64,000 nucleotides of DNA from Eledone cirrhosa (taxonomy: Eukaryota). A program made the translations under genes and the position numbers. Below, piece by piece: positions 12,912-24,100 of this stretch; the stretch's first letter is position 1; every line of letters begins with the position of its first letter. The notes below the pieces were generated by a model, which saw only the letters and a program-made list of their open reading frames with translations, was not told the origin of the DNA and ran no database searches. The DNA lies in contig OZ024743.1 of the NCBI GenBank assembly GCA_964016885.1, positions 270,258,001 through 270,322,000 of the forward strand. Reading direction: 5' to 3'.

Positions 12912-15900
12912 ACACCAACACCACCTCAAACACTACTACCAACACCACTAACATCAACACCACCTCAAACACTACTACCAATACCACTAACATCAACACC
13001 ACCTCAAACACTACTACCAACACCACTAACATCAACACCACCTCAAACACTACTACTAACACCACTAACATCAACACCTCCTCAAACACTACCCCCAACA
13101 CCACTAACATCAAAACCACCTCAAACACTACTACCAACACCGCTAACATCAATACCACCTCAAACACTACCCCAACACCACTAACATCAACACCATTTCA
13201 AACACTACTACCAACACCACTAACATCAACACCACCTCAAACACTACCCCCAACACCACTGACATCAACACCACCTCAAACACTACTACCAACACCACTA
13301 ACACCACCACCACCTCAAACACTACTACCAACACCACTAACATCAACACCACCTCAAACACTACTACCAATACCACTAACATCAACACCACCTCAAACAC
13401 TACTACCAACACCACTAACATCAACACCTCCTCAAACACTACTACCAACACCACTAACATCAACACCACCTCAAACACTACTACCAACACCACTAACATC
13501 AACACCACCTCAAACACTACCCCCAACACCACAAACATCAACACCACCTCAAACACTACTACCAACACCGCTAACATCAACACCACCTCAAACACTACTA
13601 CCAACACCGCTAACATCAACACCACCTCAAACACTACTACCAATACCACTAACATCAACACCACCTCAAACACTACTGCCAACACCACTAACATCAACAC
13701 CTCCTCAAACACTACTACCAACACCACAAACATCAACACCACTTCAAACACTACTACCAACACCTCTAACATCAACACCACCTCAAACACTACTACCAAC
13801 ACCACTAACATCAACACCACCTGAAACACTACTACCAACACCACTAACATCAACACAACCTCAAACACTGCTACCAACACCACTAACACCAACACCACAT
13901 CAAACACTACTACCAACACCACTAACATCAACACCACCTCAAACACTACTACCAACACCACTAACATCAACACCACCTCAAACACTACCCCCAACACCAC
14001 AAACATGAACACCACCCCAAACACTACTACCAACACCACTAACATCAACACCACATCAAACACTACTACCAACACCACTAACATCAACACCACCCCAAAC
14101 ACTACTACCAACACCACTAACATCAACACCACCTCAAACACTACTACCAACACCTTTAACATCAACACCACCTCAAACACTACTACCAATACCACTAACA
14201 TCAACACCACCTCAAACACTACTACCAACACCTCTAACATCAACACCACCTCAAACACTACTACCAACACCTCTAACATCAACACCACCTCAAACACTAC
14301 TACCAATACCACTAACATCAACACCACCTCAAACACTACTACCAACACCACTAACATCAACACCCCCTCAAACACTACCCCCAACTCCACTAACATCAAC
14401 ACCCCCTCAAACACTACCCCCAACACCACTAACATCAACACCACCTCAAACACTACTACCAACACCACTAACATCAACACTACCTCAAACACTACTACCA
14501 ACACCACTAACATCAACACCACCTCAAACACTACTACCAACACCACTAACATCAATACCACTAACATCAACACCACCTCAAACACTACTACCAACACCAC
14601 TAACATCAACACCACCTCAAACACTACTACCAAAACCACTAGCATCAACACCACCTTAAACACTACTACCAATACCACTAACATCAACACCACCTCAAAC
14701 ACTACTACCAACACCACTAACATCAACACCTCCTCAAACACTACTACCAACACCACTAACATCAACACCACCTCAAACACTACTACCAACACCACTAACA
14801 TCAACACCACCTCAAACACTACTACCAACACCACTAACATCAACACCACCTCAAACACTACCACCAACACCACTAACATCAACACCACCTCAAACACTAC
14901 TACCAACACCACTAACATCAACACCACCTCAAACACTACTACCAACACCACAAACATCAACACCACCTCAAACACTACTACCAACACTACTAACATCAAC
15001 ACTACCTCAAACACTACTACCAACACCACTAACATCAACACCACCTCAAACACTACTACCAACACCACTAACACCAACACCACCTCAGACACTACTACCA
15101 ACACCACTAACATCAACACCCCCTCAAACACTACCCCCAACTCCACTAACATCAACACCACCTCAAACACTACTACCAACACCACTAACATCAACACCTC
15201 CTCAAACACTACTACCAACACCACTAACATCAGCACCACCTCAAACACTACTATCAACACCACTAACATCAACACCACCTCAAACACTACTACCAATACC
15301 ACTAACATCAACACCACCTCAAACACTACTACCAACACCACTAACATCAACACCACCTCAAACACTACTACCAACACCACTAACATCAACACCACCTCAA
15401 ACACTACTACCAACACCACTAACATCAACACCTCCTCAAACACTACTACCAACACCACTAACATCAACACCACATCAAACACTACTACCAACACCACTAA
15501 CATCAACACCACCCCAAACACTACTACCAACACCACTAACATCAACACCACCTCAAACACTACTACCAACACCACTAACATCAACACCACCTCAGACACT
15601 ACTACCAACACCACTAACATCAACACCACCTCAAACACTACTACCAACACCACTAACATCAACACCACCTCAGACACTACTACCAACACCACTAACATCA
15701 ACACCACCTAAAACACTACCCCCAACAGCACTAACAACAACACCACCTCAAACACTACTACCAACACCACTAACATCAACACCACCTCAAACACTACTAC
15801 CAATACCACTAACATCAACACCACCTCAAACACTACTACCAACACCACTAACATCAACACCACCTCAAACACTACTACCAACACCACTAACATCAACACC

Positions 15901-16087
15901 TCCTCAAACACTACCCCCAACACCACTAACATCAAAACCACCTCAAACACTACTACCAACACCGCTAACATCAATACCACCTCAAACACTACCCCCAACA
16001 CCACTAACATCAACACCATTTCAAACACTACTACCAACACCACTAACATCAACACCACCTCAAACACTACCCCCAACACCACTGACA
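12912..16087 (-). repeat. Inverted 3.18-kb segment of the same 39-bp array (CA-rich strand on +)
   Basis: Abrupt switch from ...GAGGTGGTGTTG to ACACCAACACCACCTCAAAC at 12911/12912, and back at ...ACCACTGACA|ACAGTAGTGTTTGAGG at 16087-16091. Monomers in between are reverse complements. ORF 11040..13184 flips from a V/L repeat to a P/T repeat at the left junction. Confidence 0.97.
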
Positions 16088-16339
16088 ACAGTAGTGTTTG
16101 AGGTGGTGTTGATGTTAGTGGTGTTGGTAGTAGTGATTGAGGAGGTGTTGATGTTAGTGGTGTTGGTAGTAGTGTTTGAGGTGGTGTTGATGTTAGTGGT
16201 ATTGGTAGTAGTGTTTAAGGTGGTGTTGATGCTAGTGGTGTTGGTAGTAGTGTTTGAGGTGGTGTTGATGTTAGTGGTGTTGGTAGTAGTGTTTGAGGTG
16301 GTGTTGATGTTAGTGGTGTTGGTAGTAGTGTTTGAGGTG

Positions 16340-17300
16340 GTGTTGATGTTAGTGGTGTTGGTAGTAGTGTCTGAGGTGGTGTTGATGTTAGTGGTGTTGG
16401 TAGTAGTGTTTGAGGAGGTGTTGATGTTAGTGGTGTTGGTAGTAGTGTTTGAGGTGGTGTTGATGTTAGTGGTGTTGGTAGTAGTGTTTGAGGTGGTGTT
16501 GATGTTAGTGGTGTTGATGTTAGTGGTGTTGGTAGTAGTGTTTGAGGAGGTGTTGATGTTAGTGGTATTGGTAGTAGTGTTTGAGGTGGTGTTGATGTTA
16601 GTGGTGTTGGTAGTAGTGTTTGAGGTGGTGTTGATGTTAGTGGTGTTGGTAGTAGTGTTTGAGGTGGTGTTGATGTTAGTGGTGTTGGTAGTAGTGTTTG
16701 AGGAGGTGTTGATGTTAGTGGTGTTGGTAGTAGTGTTTGAGGTGGTGTTGATGTTAGTGGTGTTGGTAGTAGTGTTTGAGGAGGTGTTGATGTTAGTGGT
16801 GTTGGTAGTAGTGTTTGAGGTGGTGTTGATGTTAGTGGTGTTGGTAGTAGTGTTTGAGGTGGTGTTGATGTTAGTGGTGTTGGTAGTAGTGTTTGAGTTG
16901 GTGTTGATGTTAGTGGTGTTGGTAGTAGTGTCTGAGGTGGTGTTGATGTTAGTGGTGTTGGTAGTAGTGTTTGAGGAGGTGTTGATGTTAGTGGTGTTGG
17001 TAGTAGTGTTTGAGGTGGTGTTGATGTTAGTGGTGTTGGTAGTAGTGTTTGAGGTGGTGTTGATGTTAGTGGTGTTGATGTTAGTGGTGTTGGTAGTAGT
17101 GTTTGAGGAGGTGTTGATGTTAGTGGTATTGGTAGTAGTGTTTGAGGTGGTGTTGATGTTAGTGGTATTGGTAGTAGTGTTTGAGGTGGTGTTGATGTTA
17201 GTGGTGTTGGTAGTAGTGTTTGAGGTGGTGTTGATGTTAGTGGTGTTGGTAGTAGTGTTTGAGGAGGTGTTGATGTTAGTGGTGTTGGTAGTAGTGTTTG
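16340..17300 (+). repeat. Local tandem duplication, period 561 bp (14 monomers plus a 15-bp subrepeat insertion)
   Basis: CTGAGG at 16371 and 16932, and a duplicated GTGGTGTTGATGTTA at about 16510 and 17070. Ends approximate. Confidence 0.7.
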
Positions 17301-20300
17301 AGGAGGTGTTGATGTTAGTGGTGTTGGTAGTAGTGTTTGAGGTGGTGTTGATGTTAGTGGTGTTGGTAGTAGTGTTTGAGGAGGTGTTGATGTTAGTGGT
17401 GTTGGTAGTAGTGTTTGAGGTGGTGTTGATGTTAGTGGTGTTGGTAGTAGTGTTTGAGGTGGTGTTGATGTTAGTGGTGTTGATGTTAGTGGTGTTGGTA
17501 GTAGTGTTTGAGGAGGTGTTGATGTTAGTGGTGTTGGTAGTAGTGTTTGGGGTGGTGTTGATGTTAGTGGTGTTGGTAGTAGTGTTTGATGTGGTGTTGA
17601 TGTTAGTGGTGTTGGTAGTAGTGTTTGAGGAGGTGTTGATGTTAGTGGTGTTGGTAGTAGTGTTTGAGGTGGTGTTGATGTTAGTGGTGTTGGTAGTAGT
17701 GTTTGAGGTGGTGTTAATGTCAGTGGTGTTGGTAGTAGTGTTTGAGGTGGTGTTGATGTTACTGGTGTTGGTAGTAGTGTTTGAGGTGGTGTTGATGTTA
17801 GTGGTATTGGTAGTAGTGTTTGAGGTGGTGTTGATGTTAGTGGTGTTGGTAGTAGTGTTTGAGGTGGTGTTGATGTTAGTGGTGTTGGTAGTAGTGTTTG
17901 AGGTGGTGTTGATGTTAGTGGTGTTGGTAGTAGTGTTTGAGGTGTTGTTGATGTTAGTTGTGTTGGTAGTAGTGTTTGAGGTGGTGTTGATGTTAGTGGT
18001 ATTGGTAGTAGTGTTTGAGGTGGTGTTGATGTTAGTGGTGTTGATAGTAGTGTTTGAGGTGGTGTTGATGTTAGTGGTGTTGGTAGTAGTGTTTGAGGAG
18101 GTGTTGATGTTAGTGGTGTTGGTAGTAGTGTTTGAGGTGGTGTTGATGTTAGTGGTGTTGGGGGTAGTGTTTGAGGGGGTGTTGATGTTAGTGGTGTTGG
18201 TAGTAGTGTTTGAGGTGGTGTTGATGTTTGTGGTGTTGGTAGTAGTGTTTGAGGTGGTGTTGATGTTAGTGGTGTTGGTAGTAGTGTTTGAGGTGGTGTG
18301 GATGCTAGTGGTTTTGGTAGTAGTAATTGAGGTGGTGTTGATGTTAGTGGTGTTGGTAGTAGTGTTTGAGGTGGTGTTGATGTTAGTGGTGTTGGTAGTA
18401 GTGTTTGAGGTGGTGTTGATGTTAGTGGTGTTGGTAGTAGTGTTTGAGGTGGTGTTGATGTTAGTGGTGTTGGTAGTAGTGTTTGAGGTGGTGTTGATGT
18501 TAGTGGTGTTGGTAGTAGTGTTTGAGCTGGTGTTGATGTTAGTGGTTTTGGTAGTAGTGTTTGAGGTGGTGTTGATGTTACTGGTGTTGGTAGTAGTGTT
18601 TGAGGTGGTGTTGATGTTAGTGGTATTGGTAGTAGTGTTTGAGGTGGTGTTGATGTTAGTGGTGTTGGTAGTAGTGTTTGAGGTGGTGTTGATGTTAGTG
18701 GTATTGGTAGTAGTGTTTGAGGTGGTGTTGATGTTAGTGGTGTTGGTAGTAGTGTTTGACGAGGTGTTGATGTTAGTGGTGTTGGTAGTAGTGTTTGAGG
18801 TGGTGTTGATGTTAGTGGTATTGGTAGTAGTGTTTGAGGTGGTGTTGATGTTAGTGGTGTTGGTAGTAGTGTTTGAGGTGGTGTTGATGTTACTGGTGTT
18901 GGTAGTAGTGTCTGAGGTGGTGTTGATGTTAGTGGTATTGGTAGTAGTGTTTGAGGTGGTGTTGATGTTAGTGGTGTTGGTAGTAGTGTTTGAGGAGGTG
19001 TTGATGTTAGTGGTGTTGGTAGTAGTGTTTGAGGTGGTGTTGATGCTAATGGTATTGGTAGTAGTGTTTGAGGTGGTGTTGATGTTAGTGGTATTGGTAG
19101 TAGTGTTTGAGGTGGTGTTGATGTTAGTGGTGTTGGTAGTAGTGTTTGAGGAGGTGTTGATGTTAGTGGTGTTGGTAGTAGTGTTTGAGGTGGTGTTGAT
19201 GTTAGTGGTATTGGTAGTAGTGTTTGAGGTGGTGTTGATGTTAGTGGTGTTGGTAGTAGTGTTTGAGGTGGTGTTAATGTCAGTGGTGTTGGTAGTAGTG
19301 TTTGAGGTGGTGTTGATGTTACTGGTGTTGGTAGTAGTGTTTGAGGTGGTGTTGATGTTAGTGGTATTGGTAGTAGTGTTTGAGGTGGTGTTGATGTTAG
19401 TGGTGTTGGTAGTAGTGTTTGAGGTGGTGTTGATGTTAGTGGTGTTGGTAGTAGTGTTTGAGGTGGTATTGATGTTAGTGGTGTTGGTAGTAGTGTTTGA
19501 GGTGGTGTTGATGTTAGTGGTGTTGGGGGTAGTGTTTGAGGTGGTGTTGATGCTAGTGGTGTTGGTAGTAGTGTCTGAGGTGGTGTTGATGTTAGTGGTG
19601 TTGGTAGTAGTGTTTGAGGTGGTGTTGATGTTAGTCGTGTTGGTAGTAGTGTTTAGGTGGTGTTGATGTTAGTGGTGTTGGTAGTAGTGTTTGAGGAGGT
19701 GTTGATGTTAGTGGTGTTGGTAGTAGTGTTTGAGGTGGTGTTGATGTTAGTGGTGTTGGTAGTAGTGTTTGAGGTGGTGTTGATGTTAGTGGTGTTGGTA
19801 GTAGTGTTTGAGGAGGTGTTGATGTTAGTGGTATTGGTAGTAGTGTTTGAGGTGGTGTTGATGTTAGTGGTATTGGTAGTAGTGTTTGAGGTGGTGTTGA
19901 TGTTAGTGGTGTTGGTAGTAGTGTTTGAGGTGGCGTTGATGTTAGTGGTGTTGGTAGTAGTGTTTGAGGTGGTGTTGATGTTAGTGGTGTTGGTAGTAGT
20001 GTTTGAGGTGGTGTTGATGTTAGTGGTATTGGTAGTAGTGTTTGAGGTGGTGTTGATGTTAGTGGTGTTGGTAGTAGTGTTTGAGGTGTTGTTGATGTTA
20101 GTTGTGTTGGTAGTAGTGTTTGAGGTGGTGTTGATGTTAGTGGTATTGGTAGTAGTGTTTGAGGTGGTGTTGATGTTAGTGGTGTTGATAGTAGTGTTTG
20201 AGGTGGTGTTGATGTTAGTGGTGTTGGTAGTAGTGTTTGAGGAGGTGTTGATGTTAGTGGTGTTGGTAGTAGTGTTTGAGGTGGTGTTGATGTTAGTGGT

Positions 20301-21138
20301 GTTGGGGGTAGTGTTTGAGGGGGTGTTGATGTTAGTGGTGTTGGTAGTAGTGTTTGAGGTGGTGTTGATGTTAGTGGTGTTGGTAGTAGTGTTTGAGGTG
20401 GTGTTGATGTTAGTGGTGTTGGTAGTAGTGTTTGAGGTGGTGTGGATGCTAGTGGTTTTGGTAGTAGTAATTGAGGTGGTGTTGATGTTAGTGGTGTTGG
20501 TAGTAGTGTTTGAGGTGGTGTTGATGTTAGTGGTGTTGGTAGTAGTGTTTGAGGTGGTGTTGATGTTAGTGGTGTTGGTAGTAGTGTTTGAGGTGGTGTT
20601 GATGTTAGTGGTGTTGGTAGTAGTGTTTGAGTTGGTGTTGATGTTAGTGGTGTTGGTAGTAGTGTCTGAGGTGGTGTTGATGTTAGTGGTGTTGGTAGTA
20701 GTGTTTGAGGTGGTGTTGATGTTAGTGGTGTTGGTAGTAGTGTTTGAGGTGGTGTTGATGTTAGTGGTGTTGGTAGTAGTGTTTGAGGAGGTGTTGATGT
20801 TAGTGGTGTTGGTAGTAGTGTTTGAGGTGGTGTTGATGTTAGTGGTGTTGGTAGTAGTGTTTGAGGTGGTGTTGATGTTAGTGGTGTTGGTAGTAGTGTT
20901 TGAGGTGGTGTTGATGTTAGTGGTATTGGTAGTAGTGTTTGAGGTGGTGTTGATGTTAGTGGTGTTGGTAGTAGTGTTTGAGGTGGTGTTGATGTTAGTG
21001 GTGTTGGTAGTAGTGTTTGAGGTGGTGTTGATGTTAGTGGTGTTGGTAGTAGTGTTTGAGGTGGTGTTGATGTTAGTAGTGTTTGAGGTGGTGTTGATGT
21101 TAGTGGTGTTGGTAGTAGTGTTTGAGGTGGTGTTGATG

Positions 21139-24100
21139 TTAGTGGTGTTGGTAGTAGTGTTTAGGTGGTGTTGATGTTAGTGGTGTTGGTAGTAGTGTTT
21201 GAGGAGGTGTTGATGTTAGTGGTGTTGGTAGTAGTGTTTGAGGTGGTGTTGATGTTAGTGGTGTTGGTAGTAGTGTTTGAGGTGGTGTTGATGTTAGTGG
21301 TGTTGGTAGTAGTGTTTGAGGAGGTGTTGATGTTAGTGGTATTGGTAGTAGTGTTTGAGGTGGTGTTGATGTTAGTGGTGTTGGTAGTAGTGTTTGAGGT
21401 GTTGTTGACGTTAGCTGTGTTAGTAGTAGTGTTTGAGGTGGTGTTGATGTTAGTGGTATTGGTAGTAGTGTTTGAGGTGGTGTTGATGTTAGTGGTGTTG
21501 ATAGTAGTGTTTGAGGTGGTGTTGATGTTAGTGGTGTTGGTAGTAGTGTTTGAGGAGGTGTTGATGTTAGTGGTGTTGGTAGTAGTGTTTGAGGTGGTGT
21601 TGATGTTAGTGGAGTTGGGGGTAGTGTTTGAGGGGGTGTTGATGTTAGTGGTGTTGGTAGTAGTGTCTGAGGTGGTGTTGGTGTTAGTGGTGTTGGTAGT
21701 AGTGTTTGAGGTGGTGTTGATGTTAGTGGTGTTGGTAGTAGTGTTTGAGGTAGTGTTGATGTTAGTGGTGTTGGTAGTAGTGTTTGAGGTGGTGTTGATG
21801 TTAGTGGTGTTGGTAGTAGTGTTTGAGGTGGTGTTGATGTTAGTGGTGTTGGTAGTAGTGTTTGAGGTGGTGTTGATGTTAGTGGTGTTGGTGGTAGTGT
21901 TTGAGGTGGTGTTGATGTTAGTGGTGTTGGTAGTAGTGTCTGAGGTGGTGTTGATGTTAGTGGTGTTGGTAGTAGTGTTTGAGGTGGTGTTGATGTTAGT
22001 GGTGTTGGTAGTAGTGTTTGAGGTGGTGTTGATGTTAGTGGTGTTGGTAGTAGTGTTTGAGGTGGTGTTGATGTTAGTGGTGTTGGTAGTAGTGTTTGAG
22101 GAGGTGTTGATGTTAGTGGTGTTGGTAGTAGTGTTGGAGGTGGTGTTGATGTTAGTGGTGTTGGTAGTAGTGTTTGAGGTGGTGTTGATGTTAGTGGTGT
22201 TGGTAGTAGTGTTTGAGGAGGTGTTGATGTTAGTGGTATTGGTAGTAGTGTTTGAGGTGTTGTTGATATTAGTTGTGTTGGTAGTAGTGTTTGAGGTGGT
22301 GTTGATGTTAGCGGTGTTGGTAGTAGTGTTTGAGGAGGTGTTGATGTTAGTGGTGTTGGCGGTAGTGTTTGAGGTGGTGTTGGTGTTAGTGGTGTTGGTA
22401 GTAGTGCTTGAGGTGGTGTTGATGTTAGTGGTGTTGGTAGTAGTGTTTCAGGTGGTGTTGATGTTAGTGGTGTTGGGGGTAGTGTTTGAGGTGGTGTTGA
22501 TGTTAGTTGTGTTGGTAGTAGTGTTTGAGGTGGTATTGATGTTAGTGGTATTGGTAGTAGTGTTTGAGGAGGTGTTGATGTTAGTGGTGTTGGTAGTAGT
22601 GTTTGAGCTGGTGTTGATGTTAGTGGTGTTGGTAGTAGTGTTTGAGGTGGTGTTGATGTTACTGGTGTTGGTAGTAGTGTTTGAGGTGGTGTTGATGTTA
22701 GTGGTATTGGTAGTAGTGTTTGAGGTGGTGTTGATGTTAGTGGTGTTGGTAGTAGTGTTTGAGGTGGTGTTGATGTTAGTGGTATTGGTAGTAGTGTTTG
22801 TGGTGGTGTTGATGTTAGTGGTGTTGGTAGTAGTGTTTGAGGTGGCGTTGATGTTAGTGGTGTTGGTAGTAGTGTTTGAGGTGGTGTTGATGTTAGTGGT
22901 GTTGGTAGTAGTGTTTGAGGTGGTGTTGATGTTAGTGGTATTGGTAGTAGTGTTTGAGGTGGTGTTGATGTTAGTGGTGTTGGTAGTAGTGTTTGAGGTG
23001 TTGTTGATGTTAGTTGTGTTGGTAGTAGTGTTTGAGGTGGTGTTGATGTTAGTGGTATTGGTAGTAGTGTTTGAGGTGGTGTTGATGTTAGTGGTGTTGA
23101 TAGTAGTGTTTGAGGTGGTGTTGATGTTAGTGGTGTTGGTAGTAGTGTTTGAGGAGGTGTTGATGTTAGTGGTGTTGGTAGTAGTGTTTGAGGTGGTGTT
23201 GATGTTAGTGGTGTTGGGGGTAGTGTTTGAGGGGGTGTTGATGTTAGTGGTGTTGGTAGTAGTGTCTGAGGTGGTGTTGGTGTTAGTGGTGTTGGTAGTA
23301 GTGCTTGAGGTGGTGTTGATGTTAGTGGTGTTGGTAGTAGTGTTTCAGGTGGTGTTGATGTTAGTGGTGTTGGGGGTGGTGTTTGAGGTGGTGTTGATGT
23401 TAGTGGTGTTGGTAGTAGTGTTTGAGGTGCTGTTGATGTTACTGGTGTTGGTAGTAGTGTTTGAGGTGGTGTTGATGTTAGTGGTATTGGTAGTAGTGTT
23501 TGAGGTGGTGTTGAAGTTAGTGGTATTGGTACTAGTGTTTGAGGTGGTGTTGATGTTAGTGGTGTTGGTAGTAGTGTTTGAGGAGGTGTTGATGTTAGTG
23601 GTGTTGGTAGTAGTGTTTGAGGTGGTGTTGATGTTAGTGGTGTTGGTAGTAGTGTTTGAGGAGGTGTTGATGTTAGTGGTGTTGGTAGTAGTGTTTGAGG
23701 TGGTGTTGATGTTAGTGGTATTGGTAGTAGTGTTTGAGGAGGTGTTGATGTTAGTGGTATTGGTAGTAGTGTTTGAGGAGGTGTTGATGTTAGTGGTGTT
23801 GGTAGTAGTGTTTGAGGTGGTGTTGATGTTAGTGGTGTTGGTAGTAGTGTTTGAGGTGGTGTTGATGTTACTGGTGTTGGTAGTAGTGTTTGAGGTGGTG
23901 TTGATGTTAGTGGTATTGGTAGTAGTGTTTGAGATGGTGTTGATGTTAGTGGTATTGGTAGTAGTGTTTGAGGTGGTGTTGATGTTAGTGGTGTTGGTAG
24001 TAGTGTTTGAGGAGGTGTTGATGTTAGTGGTGTTGGTAGTAGTGTTTGAGGAGGTGTTGATGTTAGTGGTGTTGGTAGTAGTGTTTGAGGTGGTGTTGGT

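Noticed and set aside
12912-16087. Transposon or site-specific invertible (phase-variation) element
   Set aside because: The content is purely satellite, there is no transposase or recombinase, and no distinct terminal inverted repeats. The forward source copy persists, so it is a duplication.
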